A stretch of DNA of 64,000 nt, from contig DGPA01000019.1 of assembly GCA_002389505.1 (NCBI GenBank), positions 8 through 64,007 on the forward strand, in the 5' to 3' direction. Under the pieces are notes generated by a model. That model did no database searches. It was not told where the DNA came from and saw nothing but the letters and a program-made list of their open reading frames with translations. The DNA comes from Halieaceae bacterium UBA4452. GTDB taxonomy: Bacteria; Pseudomonadota; Gammaproteobacteria; Pseudomonadales; Halieaceae. Each line of letters begins with the position of its first letter. The first letter of the stretch is position 1. Positions 47,616 to 56,747 of this stretch are shown here, one piece after another. Position numbers and translations under genes: made by a program.

Positions 47616-49205
47616 TTAGCGGTCGCGAAGAATGCGTTGGGCAGCATTGTGCCCGGGCGCGCCGGTGACACCACCGCCCGGATGGGCGCCCGACCCGCAA
47701 AGATAAAGACCGGGTATCGGCGTTGCATACTGGGCTGCGTCAGGGTGTGGGCGCATATTAAATAGCTGGTCAGGCTCTAAACGGCCGTGGCAAATGTCAC
47801 CTCCAGTCATACCCAATACACGCTCCAAGTCGAGCGGAGTCATGCATTGATGGCCCACAAGAATTCGCCTTATGTCAGGTATGAATCGCTGGACATAGTC
47901 GAGTATCCCATCAATGACGGCCGGTTTACTGTCATCCCAAGACCGGCCCTCGCTGAGGCTGTAGGGCATGTATTTACACAGTAAGCTCATGACGTGGTGT
48001 CCCGGTTTGTCGGTCAGATCCTGGTCAATGACACTGGGAATAATAGCTTCAATGATGGGCGGGTTGGCGGGTATGCCGCTGCGAGCGCTGTGAAATGCCT
48101 CGTTAAGGTGTTGGGCGCTTTCGATAAACGTAATGCTCGCCGTATGGTGGGCGCCGACATCCCCGCCGCTGGGTAAAGCGGAGAAATCGGGCAGCTCGGA
48201 GAGCGCTAGATTCATGCGTAACGAAGCCGACTCCTGACGAAATGCGCCGATATCTCGCGCGAAAGCCTCGGGCAAGTGTTCGCTTCCCAACAAGGTTAAG
48301 AATGTGCGCTTGGGATCGGTGTTTGCAGCCACTGTCGTCGCGCTAATGACTTCACCACTCTCAAGGGTCACTCCACAGACCCGACCGGCCTGAAGATTAA
48401 TACGGGCAACCGATGCCTCGGTCCTGATTTCCGCGCCGTGCGCCTGCGCGGACTGCGCCATAGCCTGAGTAATGCTGCCCATCCCCCCTTTAACCAGACC
48501 CCAGGCGCCCTTGCGACCAGCTATTTCACCCACCGCATGATGTAACATAGCCAGACTGGCGCCTGGTTGGCTCAGTGGTGCGAAGTTCGCTGGCATAACG
48601 TGTGCGGCCACCATGGCTTTGACGGCCGGGCTGTCAAACCAGCTGTCAATAATGGTCTCTGGGGCGCCAATAAAAAATTGCATCATGCGCCAACGCGATT
48701 CGGCATCCAAACGGAAAACATCAACCCCTAGCTTTAAAGTGCTCATAAGATCGCTGACCCCTTGATCCCCGAGACGGGGCGGCGCTGTTAACCACTGCTT
48801 TGCCAACAACCCGGCTACCTGATCGACCACCCGTTCAAAGGCACGATAGGATTCGTAATCGGTTGATGAAAACTTGGCAAACTGGTTGCGATTATGAGAT
48901 TCGTCCGCGGTAAGGAGCAGGTACTGACCTTGTGAATTCATATACAGTGAATTCTCTAGAGGCAGGGGCTGATAACCGTACCGCTCGAGCTCGAGGTCGT
49001 TAACGATTTCGGGTCTGAGCAGGCTGACCACGTAAGAAAATACCGAGTTACGGTACCCGGGATGAAACTCTTCAGTAACCGCGGCACCGCCCACCATGGA
49101 GCGTCGCTCGAGGACACAAACCCGTTGCCCGGCGCGAGCGAGATAGCCCGCGGTTGTCAGCCCATTGTGTCCGCCCCCAATAATGACAGTATCGTAGGTA
49201 TTCAT
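47616..49205 (-). CDS. NAD(P)/FAD-dependent oxidoreductase, phytoene-desaturase (CrtI/COG1233) family
   Basis: MNTYDTVIIGGGHNGLTTAGYLARAGQRVCVLERRSMVGGAA and C-terminal GLYLCGSGAHPGGGVTGAPG. I preferred ATG 49205 over the ORF-track start 49262. Confidence 0.75.
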   Translation of the reverse strand: MNTYDTVIIGGGHNGLTTAGYLARAGQRVCVLERRSMVGGAAVTEEFHPGYRNSVFSYVVSLLRPEIVNDLELERYGYQPLPLENSLYMNSQGQYLLLTADESHNRNQFAKFSSTDYESYRAFERVVDQVAGLLAKQWLTAPPRLGDQGVSDLMSTLKLGVDVFRLDAESRWRMMQFFIGAPETIIDSWFDSPAVKAMVAAHVMPANFAPLSQPGASLAMLHHAVGEIAGRKGAWGLVKGGMGSITQAMAQSAQAHGAEIRTEASVARINLQAGRVCGVTLESGEVISATTVAANTDPKRTFLTLLGSEHLPEAFARDIGAFRQESASLRMNLALSELPDFSALPSGGDVGAHHTASITFIESAQHLNEAFHSARSGIPANPPIIEAIIPSVIDQDLTDKPGHHVMSLLCKYMPYSLSEGRSWDDSKPAVIDGILDYVQRFIPDIRRILVGHQCMTPLDLERVLGMTGGDICHGRLEPDQLFNMRPHPDAAQYATPIPGLYLCGSGAHPGGGVTGAPGHNAAQRILRDR

Positions 49206-49351
49206 TAATCCCACTTCCTCCGCATGGCACCAGTGGCAAGCCAAATAGACTATTATGCACAAAGCTTATATCGAATCGAGCCCGCAAAAACGCGGTATTA
49301 ATTTGCTTTACAAGCCTGTGTGCTAAAGCCAACAGGATACAAGGATAGGCC

Positions 49352-51385
49352 ATGAAAATACTCACTGCTCTCGCCCTGCTAGCCGTTGTACTTCCCGGTT
49401 TTGCCGCTGAAAATCAACACTACCGCGTGCTAATGGCCGGCGAGGATATTGGTCATCTGAGAGTCGAGCAAACAGGCGAGCGGCTTAGCATTGACTTTGA
49501 TTACAAGCAAAATGGCCGGGGCCCGACCATTGCGGAAGCAATAACGGTGGACAATCGCGGCTTTCCTATCGATTGGACAATTGCTGGTCAGACAACTTTT
49601 GGCAGCGCTGTCGACGAGTATTTTCGCGCCGATGATGGCGTAGCTCGCTGGCGAGATGCCACCGGGCCCGGGAGTGCAGCGTTCACCGATAATCCAGCCT
49701 TCTATGTCAACCAAAATGGCAGTGCTTACTCCAACGCGCTGTTAGCCAAGGCCTTGTTAGCCGCTCCCGACCAGCGCATGGCAGTTTACCCGGGCGGAGA
49801 GGCATCGATTGTTAAGCACATGAGCACAACATTGTCAGCGCAAGGCATTGAAGCGAACATTACTGCTTACCAAATACTGGGCTTAGATACAGCGCCTCGG
49901 CTGGTGTTCCTCGATGAAAATAATGAATACTTTGGCACGGCGACGGCTCGCTTTGCTCTCGTTCGTGCGGGTTTTGAAGCATTTGAAAAACAACTGCGAG
50001 GCCTTTCTGAAGCGCTCTCCACCGAACGTTTTGTCAACATTCAAGCGGACGTGGCACACCACTATACCGACCCTGTGCGGATTCGTAATGTCCGTGTTTT
50101 TAATGCTGAAGCACTGTCCTTAACCGATCTCAGTGACGTCATTATTTACGGAAATCGGATTGCCAGTGTGCAGGTGGCAGGTAGCCCGACAACTGATCAG
50201 GAAGTCATTATTGAGGGTGCGGGTGGTACGCTTGTTCCCGGGATGTATGAAATGCATGGACACCTAGGTCAGGACAATGCACTGCTGAATATTGCTGCCG
50301 GTGTTACGTCGGTTAGAGATATGGGTAATGAAAATGCCGTGTTGGAAGACCTCATGCGGCGTATAGATGAAGGTGTGATCGCCGGGCCGCGGATCACCCG
50401 ATCCTGTTTTATCGAGGGTGACAGTGAGTTTGCGTCGGCCACCGGTGAAACGGTGGCTACGCTAGACGACGCGCTAGCGATGGTGCGGTGGTGCGGTGCT
50501 CGAGATTTTCAGCAGATCAAACTGTATAATTCGATGAAACCTGAATGGGCTCAAGCGCTAGTGGCCGAAGCGCACCGTTTAGGGTTACGTGTTGCGGGGC
50601 ACGTCCCCGCTTTCTCTACAGCTGACAATATGATCAGTGCGGGCTTTGACGAAATTACCCATGCCAACCAGCTCATGTTGGGCTGGGTGTTAGCGCCCAC
50701 CGAGGATACGCGCACTTTATTTCGCTTCACAGCTATGAAGCGTTTTCCGGCGTTGGATATCAATGCAGATATTATTGAAGCTACGTTATTGAGTATGGTT
50801 CAAGGCAACGTAGTGCATGATCCTACGATGACTATTCATGAACATGGGCTGACCGCCATCGATGGACAGCCCGCCCCCATGGCCCGCGCGATTATTGACC
50901 ATCTACCCACCAATGAGCAGCGCTCCCTCAAACAAGAACTGTTTGGTACATCATCCGCCGAGGAGCGAGCCGACTACGTGGCGGCTTTTGAATTTATTAT
51001 GACCGTGCTGACCAAACTTCATGAGCGAGGTGTTTTACTCGTGCCAGGTACCGATCTTGGGGGCTCGTTTTTCTATCACCGTGAACTTGAGCTATTTGAG
51101 CAGCTGGGGTTGACGCCAGCGGAGGTCCTCAAGCGAGCCTCCTTGGATATGGCCGATTATTTAGGTCAAAGTGAAGATCTGGGCTCCATAGAGAAAGGCA
51201 AATATGCCGATTTTTTTCTAGTGCCCGGGGATCCGACAAAAAATCTCGACGAGATCAGAGCCATTCAAATGGTTGTCTCCGACGGAGTGATTTACTTTCC
51301 TTCTGAAATTTACCCAAAGTTTGGCATTCGCCCCTTTTCGACGGCACCTGCCGTCACGGCACCATCAGGGGCGAAGCGACCGTAG
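49352..51385 (+). CDS. Secreted amidohydrolase-superfamily protein with an extra ~280-aa N-terminal domain
   Basis: 677 aa with signal peptide MKILTALALLAVVLPGFAA. Metal ligands are MHGHLG (HxH), AGHVP, ITHAN and PGTDLG, typical of the Xaa-Arg/Lys dipeptidase/prolidase-like amidohydrolases. AGGATAGG SD upstream. Confidence 0.75.
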   Translation: MKILTALALLAVVLPGFAAENQHYRVLMAGEDIGHLRVEQTGERLSIDFDYKQNGRGPTIAEAITVDNRGFPIDWTIAGQTTFGSAVDEYFRADDGVARWRDATGPGSAAFTDNPAFYVNQNGSAYSNALLAKALLAAPDQRMAVYPGGEASIVKHMSTTLSAQGIEANITAYQILGLDTAPRLVFLDENNEYFGTATARFALVRAGFEAFEKQLRGLSEALSTERFVNIQADVAHHYTDPVRIRNVRVFNAEALSLTDLSDVIIYGNRIASVQVAGSPTTDQEVIIEGAGGTLVPGMYEMHGHLGQDNALLNIAAGVTSVRDMGNENAVLEDLMRRIDEGVIAGPRITRSCFIEGDSEFASATGETVATLDDALAMVRWCGARDFQQIKLYNSMKPEWAQALVAEAHRLGLRVAGHVPAFSTADNMISAGFDEITHANQLMLGWVLAPTEDTRTLFRFTAMKRFPALDINADIIEATLLSMVQGNVVHDPTMTIHEHGLTAIDGQPAPMARAIIDHLPTNEQRSLKQELFGTSSAEERADYVAAFEFIMTVLTKLHERGVLLVPGTDLGGSFFYHRELELFEQLGLTPAEVLKRASLDMADYLGQSEDLGSIEKGKYADFFLVPGDPTKNLDEIRAIQMVVSDGVIYFPSEIYPKFGIRPFSTAPAVTAPSGAKRP

Positions 51386-51418
51386 AGGATTGATCGTTTA
51401 GTCGGGATGGGAGGACAT

Positions 51419-52951
51419 ATGCGGCAGCAAACGGATGGCAACCTTGGACGGCGCCTGTGCGCGGGCGTATGGCTATCTTTGTCTGCTGTGTCTGCTGCAG
51501 ACACGCTGATTGTCAATGCGTTAGTGCTAGACGGTACGGGCGCTCCGGCTCAACAGAGCAGTATTCGCATAAGCAATGACCGGATCGTAGCGGTCGGTCC
51601 ATTGACGGTTTTGGCCACCGATACAGTATTCGATGCTCAGGGACTCGCAGTCGCTCCGGGATTTATCGATACTCATAGTCATGCAGATGAGCATTTGCTT
51701 TCACAGCGCGATGCTTGGCCAAAAATTACGCAAGGTATCACCACCGTGGTAGTGGGGCAGGACGGAAGCTCTCCTTATCCCCTCAACGGGTTTTTCGAAG
51801 CCCTGAGTCAGACGCCAGCTAAGGTCAACGTGGCAGCGTATGTGGGTCACAATACCTTGCGTGACGCGGTTATGGGGAAAAACGCTAAACGTGAGGCTAG
51901 CCCTGCGCACATGCAGTCAATGGCACGCTTGCTTGACTCAGAGCTTGCATCGGGCGCTTTAGGACTATCGACGGGACTCGAATATGAGCCGGGTATTTAT
52001 AGTTCTACAGCAGAAGTGATTTTCTTGGCGGCGCATACCGCTCAGCGGGGTGGTCGATACAGTAGCCATCTACGCAGCGAGGATCGGTGGTTTGAGGACA
52101 GCATCGAGGAGATTATTGAGATCGGGCGTGTCACCGGTATGCCCGTACACATTGCGCATCTTAAATTGGCCATGAAGCGGCTTTGGGGTAGCGCGCCTGC
52201 GCTACTACAGCGACTCGATAGTGCGCGGGCATCGGGTGTCGATATCACCGCCGATATTTATCCGTATACCTATTGGCAATCTCATATGATGGTATTGTTG
52301 CCCGAGCGAGATCCTCTCGACAGCGACGCTATCGATCTCGTCATGCGAGAGCTCGCCCCTCCTGAGGGCATTATTTTTACGCATTTTCCGGTTGAGCCTA
52401 ACTACGTCGGTAAAACCCTGACCGACGTGGCTGCGTTGCGAGGCGAAAGTCCCGGAGAGGCCTTCTCCCAGCTAGCCCAACTGTCTATTAAGCACGAGTT
52501 ACAGACCGGTCAGTCCGGGGATATGATTATTGGAACCAGTATGGCTGAAGGCGATCTTCAACTGCTAATGGATTGGCCACATACCAATATTTGTACCGAT
52601 GGCGGTCTGCAGGATCGCCACCCGCGTGGTGCTGGCAGCTTTCCTAGAGTATTGGGCCATTACGCGCGAGCGCTGGGAAAGCTAACGTTAGAAGCGGCGG
52701 TGTATAAAATGACCGGGTTGCCTGCCGAGCATTTGGGTCTCGAGACCCGCGGGATCATTAAGGCAGGTTATATGGCCGACCTAGTGATTTTTGACCCGGA
52801 CACCATCATTGATCGAGCGACCACTGCGGAGCCGTTTTTAGCTGCGCAGGGCATCAGCGACGTTTGGGTTAATGGGCAGCGCGTCATGGCGCAGGGTCGC
52901 CAAACGACGACCTACCCCGGGCATGTTATTCGTCGAGCGAGTACGCCCTAG
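51419..52951 (+). CDS. N-acyl-D-amino-acid deacylase (D-aminoacylase) family
   Basis: GFIDTHSHAD metal motif and overall D-aminoacylase length. ATG 51419 is preceded by GGGAGGA. The N-terminus RQQTDGNLGRRLCAGVWLSLSAVSAA looks like a signal peptide (possibly Tat-type). Confidence 0.8.
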   Translation: MRQQTDGNLGRRLCAGVWLSLSAVSAADTLIVNALVLDGTGAPAQQSSIRISNDRIVAVGPLTVLATDTVFDAQGLAVAPGFIDTHSHADEHLLSQRDAWPKITQGITTVVVGQDGSSPYPLNGFFEALSQTPAKVNVAAYVGHNTLRDAVMGKNAKREASPAHMQSMARLLDSELASGALGLSTGLEYEPGIYSSTAEVIFLAAHTAQRGGRYSSHLRSEDRWFEDSIEEIIEIGRVTGMPVHIAHLKLAMKRLWGSAPALLQRLDSARASGVDITADIYPYTYWQSHMMVLLPERDPLDSDAIDLVMRELAPPEGIIFTHFPVEPNYVGKTLTDVAALRGESPGEAFSQLAQLSIKHELQTGQSGDMIIGTSMAEGDLQLLMDWPHTNICTDGGLQDRHPRGAGSFPRVLGHYARALGKLTLEAAVYKMTGLPAEHLGLETRGIIKAGYMADLVIFDPDTIIDRATTAEPFLAAQGISDVWVNGQRVMAQGRQTTTYPGHVIRRASTP

Positions 52952-53967
52952 TGGCGATTGATTTGCCAGTGCCACACTTGCTGTTTCTTGGTGACATCAC
53001 CAATCCCTTAGATGCCAAAACCGCCATGGGTATACGGGATTGGCGGCCAGAGCACTGCGTGGGTCAATGGCGCCTACCGGGATGTACCGTCGATCTTGGA
53101 TTGCCCACTATGACGCCAGCCAGCGCTGCTATGGCCGGGGCTCAGAGCGTGCTGATGGGTGTCGCGCCTGCTGGGGGTGTGCTATGCCCCTCTTGGATAG
53201 CTCCTTTACGTGCGGCATTGGCCGCTGGGCTCAGTATTGTCAGTGGGCTACACCAGCCGTTAACAGCAGTGCCGGCACTCGTTGAAGCGGCACAAGCCGC
53301 GCAACAAACACTCATTGATATACGCATTGCCCCCAATGATATCCCCATCGCCAGCGGCAGGCGTAGAGCTGGAAAGCGCTTACTGACTGTCGGTACAGAT
53401 TGTTGTGTCGGAAAAAAATACACGGCGTTAGCTATCACCAATGCGTTGCGCCAGCAGGGCCATAAAGCAACGTTTCGCGCGACGGGACAAACCGGCATTA
53501 TGATATCTGGCGGGGGTATTCCGATGGATGCGGTGGTCTCAGATTTTCTGTCGGGTGCCGCGGAGCTGCTCAGTCCCGATGCCGATGACGATCATTGGGA
53601 TGTCATTGAGGGTCAGGGTTCTTTATTTCATCCAGCTTACGCGGCGGTGACCCTGGGGCTGCTTCACGGTAGTCAAGCGGATGCATTGGTGCTCTGCCAT
53701 AGCGCAGGCAGGGCGGCGATTGATGAATATGAAGCCTTCGTTATACCTGACTTAGTCACCTGTATCTCTCGCTATCAGCAGGCAGCGGCCCTCACCAACC
53801 ACGGCGCACGGGTGATCGGTGTGAGTCTTAATACCTCAGACATGGCATCTAATGATGCGCAGCAGGTTTGTGCGCAGGTGTCTCGGGAAACGGGTTTGCC
53901 GTGTCTCGATCCGCTCAGGGATGGCCTTGCGCCGTTCATTGCGGCACTGAGCGGACGTACCGGATGA
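52951..53967 (+). CDS. dgcN: DUF1611 family protein (D-glutamate N-acetyltransferase DgcN-like)
   Basis: 338 aa with the P-loop-like motif LLTVGTDCCVGKKYTAL characteristic of DUF1611. It sits next to an enolase-superfamily epimerase, the usual DUF1611 neighbour. The GTG start overlaps the upstream stop (TAGTG). Confidence 0.65.
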   Translation: MAIDLPVPHLLFLGDITNPLDAKTAMGIRDWRPEHCVGQWRLPGCTVDLGLPTMTPASAAMAGAQSVLMGVAPAGGVLCPSWIAPLRAALAAGLSIVSGLHQPLTAVPALVEAAQAAQQTLIDIRIAPNDIPIASGRRRAGKRLLTVGTDCCVGKKYTALAITNALRQQGHKATFRATGQTGIMISGGGIPMDAVVSDFLSGAAELLSPDADDDHWDVIEGQGSLFHPAYAAVTLGLLHGSQADALVLCHSAGRAAIDEYEAFVIPDLVTCISRYQQAAALTNHGARVIGVSLNTSDMASNDAQQVCAQVSRETGLPCLDPLRDGLAPFIAALSGRTG

Positions 53968-54010
53968 CACTATCGACGTTGAGGTGCTATGAATCATATC
54001 GGGGGTTACC

Positions 54011-54985
54011 TTGAAACTCACGGTGGAGACGCGCTCATGGGCCATGATGGCTCCGTTTGTCACTGCCGGAGAAACGGTCCATAGCATTGACGTGCTCTAC
54101 GTTGAGCTCAGCGCTGGCGGCCTCAAGGGTTGTGCTGAAACAATGGGCGTCGATTACTTGGGTGAAACGACCGCCTCAATGATGGCAGAGCTTTCCCAAC
54201 TCAGTGATTTAACCCTGTCAAATTTAACGCCAGAGCATGTGCAAACCCTGCTTCCCCCCGGTGGCAGTCGCAATGGACTGGACTGTGCGCTGTGGGATTT
54301 ACGGGCAAAACAGTGCCATGGGGGTATTTCGTCCCTCTTGGGGCGAGCAATGAATCCTATGGAAACCCTTTATACGCTGTCGCTAGATGAGCCTGAGAAC
54401 ATGGCTAGAAGTGCGCATCATGCAGCGCATCTCACCCAGCTTAAACTCAAGCTCAATGGCCATAAAGCCCTCGAGTGCTTGCAAGCGGTCCGAGCAGCGC
54501 GGCCGGAGGCAAGTATTGTCATCGACGCTAACGGTAGCTGGTCCGAAGCGTTGTTACTCGATCTGGGCGACGATTTGGCGCGCCTGCGGGTCGCGCTTTT
54601 GGAGCAGCCCCTTGCCGCCGATCTGGATCACTGCTTGCAACATCTCAACTACCCTGTGCCTCTGTGTGCTGACGAATCCTGTCAAGCGAGTGAAGATCTT
54701 GAGCGTGTTGCTGACTGTTATCAGGCCATCAATATTAAACTGGATAAATGTGGTGGCTTGACCGAAGCGCTGCTAATGCGGGACTGGTGCCAGAAATACG
54801 ATAAGCAGATGATGGTCGGTAACATGTTGGGGTCATCACTCGCCATGGCGCCCGCTTGTGTGATAGCCCAGACGGCGGATTTTGTCGATTTAGACGGTCC
54901 ACTATGGCAATCCGACGATGTTGCTTATCCATTACAGATTGTCGATGGATGCATCCAGCCCCCTGCGCCTGAGCTGTGGGGGTGA
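54011..54985 (+). CDS. Enolase-superfamily (MR/MLE) racemase/epimerase: dipeptide epimerase or N-acetyl-D-glutamate racemase (DgcA-like)
   Basis: 324 aa with the KxK motif (LKLKLNG), metal ligands VIDANGSW / LLEQP / CADES, and a second catalytic Lys in INIKLDKCGG. TTG start. Confidence 0.7.
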   Translation: MKLTVETRSWAMMAPFVTAGETVHSIDVLYVELSAGGLKGCAETMGVDYLGETTASMMAELSQLSDLTLSNLTPEHVQTLLPPGGSRNGLDCALWDLRAKQCHGGISSLLGRAMNPMETLYTLSLDEPENMARSAHHAAHLTQLKLKLNGHKALECLQAVRAARPEASIVIDANGSWSEALLLDLGDDLARLRVALLEQPLAADLDHCLQHLNYPVPLCADESCQASEDLERVADCYQAINIKLDKCGGLTEALLMRDWCQKYDKQMMVGNMLGSSLAMAPACVIAQTADFVDLDGPLWQSDDVAYPLQIVDGCIQPPAPELWG

Positions 54986-54991
54986 TTATCA

Positions 54992-55585
54992 TCAGCCGGA
55001 TGGCGGTGCGACCTGATCGTTGGTGACGAACACAATGAGCTCTGGGAAAAAGGCCATGAAGTCTGACAGCATGGCATCATGATTGGCCTCCAGCTCAGCC
55101 ATAGCTTGACCCAGATGACTGGGGCGTTTAAGGCGACCTTCGATGCCGCGGAGTGCGCCTTGAATGCCGTCTAGAGTCCGATAACTGCCCAGTAGATCGT
55201 TTTGAACCATGTACGCTAGCGTTCGCCGCATCGTATCGGGGACTCGATGAGGATGCTGTTCAAGGTGGGCATAAACATGGGAGGTAAAATCGTCTAAGGA
55301 TTGATCTTGAAAACGATGCCACTGGGTGGCTAGAAAGTGATCGTAAAAAACATCCATCAAAATACCAGCGTAGCGCCGGAAGGTGGGACTTATGCGTTCC
55401 TTACTGCGTTTCACTATTGGGTGTGCGTCAGTAAATGTGTCGATTCGACGATGCTGAATAATACCAACACGCAGATTCTTCGGTAGCGATTGATCAAGGC
55501 TGCCTTTGACGAAGTCGCCCATCAAACTGCCTAAAAAGCTGGTTGAGGTGGCATCGGCCAAGTAGAGATGTGCCAGATAATTCAT
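54992..55585 (-). CDS. acpH: Acyl carrier protein phosphodiesterase
   Basis: 197 aa; the N-terminus MNYLAHLYLA...GDFVKG and the HRRID motif are typical of AcpH. Confidence 0.85.
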   Translation of the reverse strand: MNYLAHLYLADATSTSFLGSLMGDFVKGSLDQSLPKNLRVGIIQHRRIDTFTDAHPIVKRSKERISPTFRRYAGILMDVFYDHFLATQWHRFQDQSLDDFTSHVYAHLEQHPHRVPDTMRRTLAYMVQNDLLGSYRTLDGIQGALRGIEGRLKRPSHLGQAMAELEANHDAMLSDFMAFFPELIVFVTNDQVAPPSG

Positions 55586-55730
55586 CGAATGTCAGCGAAT
55601 CTTTTTAGTCGTATTGTACCAGCGGTCAATGGGGACGGCTGGGTGCAAGCAGCGCTTGTCGAATAAATCGGTTCAATCATGGGTTGAGGCAACAATCGTC
55701 AAGGGGTTGCAGCGCACGGAATACCCGCGC

Positions 55731-56651
55731 TCATGCTTTCAGGGCGTCTAGGTGCGCCATAACCGATGTGCCCAGTGACTGAAGGTCGTAACCGCCCTCC
55801 AGGGTAGACACGATTCTGCCTTGGGCATATTGCTCGGCGAGGGCCACTATTTCACGGGTGATCCAGGCATAGTCGGCTTCTACTAGCTGCAGCTGGGCTA
55901 AGGGATCGGCGCGATGCCCGTCGAACCCGGCGGATAACAGAATCAAATTAGGTTGATGGCGCTCGATGGCAGGCCACCAGTCTTTGGCGATTGCCTGCCG
56001 AAACGCCGTACCTGTCGTACCCGCTGCAAGGGGCGTATTGATAATAGTCGCGCGGTCACCGTCGTGAAATCGGCCGGGATAAAAAGGATGTTGGAAGCTC
56101 GAGCACACCAGAATATTGGGATTATCCTGACACAGATCCACCGTGCCATTACCGTGATGCACATCAAAATCGAGAATGGCAACTTTGTTAACGGTGGGCA
56201 GCTCCAAGGCGTTAATAGCAGCGATGGCTATGCTGTTGAGCAAACAAAAGCCCATGGGGCTGCTGCGCTCAGCATGGTGCCCCGGTGGCCGAACGGCGCA
56301 GAAAATCCGCTGATCTTTACCGGACATCACATCATTCACCCCTTGCCAAACGGCTCCCGCTGCGTGTTGCGCAGCACTGAGACTGTGGGGACTCATCCAG
56401 GTATCAGGATCCAATGCCGCCAGGCCATCATTGGGCTCAAGACTGGCCAAATGGGAAAAATAGTGTAAATCATGGGCCTTATTGACTCGGTCGTTGGCAA
56501 TTTTAGGGGCCGAGCGTAATGGGAAGTCGTCGGTCATTCCGGTGTCGTCTAAGTAGTTCAGCAGATGAATGAGCCGCTCTGGCCGTTCAGGGTGACCGGC
56601 GGGGACCCGGTGCTCAATACAGTCCTGATGGGTATAAATTAGCATGGCCAA
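55731..56651 (-). CDS. Histone deacetylase-family (HDAC-like) amidohydrolase
   Basis: RPPGHHA, DFDVHHGNGT and EGGY motifs. The ORF-track start is a TTG; ATG 56645 (MLIYTHQDC) is equally possible. Confidence 0.85.
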   Translation of the reverse strand: MAMLIYTHQDCIEHRVPAGHPERPERLIHLLNYLDDTGMTDDFPLRSAPKIANDRVNKAHDLHYFSHLASLEPNDGLAALDPDTWMSPHSLSAAQHAAGAVWQGVNDVMSGKDQRIFCAVRPPGHHAERSSPMGFCLLNSIAIAAINALELPTVNKVAILDFDVHHGNGTVDLCQDNPNILVCSSFQHPFYPGRFHDGDRATIINTPLAAGTTGTAFRQAIAKDWWPAIERHQPNLILLSAGFDGHRADPLAQLQLVEADYAWITREIVALAEQYAQGRIVSTLEGGYDLQSLGTSVMAHLDALKA

Positions 56652-56747
56652 AAAACGCTGATGGGTGATGACATAGGGTAACGACCATGCTCGGTGGCTG
56701 GCATAGTGCCGGTGGGTATTAACGCTGAGTGAGACTTGCCCATCATC

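Noticed and set aside
49072-49365. 97-aa minus-strand ORF overlapping the CrtI-like gene start and the upstream intergenic region
   Set aside because: It is in an alternative frame to a gene with a clear FAD-binding N-terminus, and it has no motif or RBS support.
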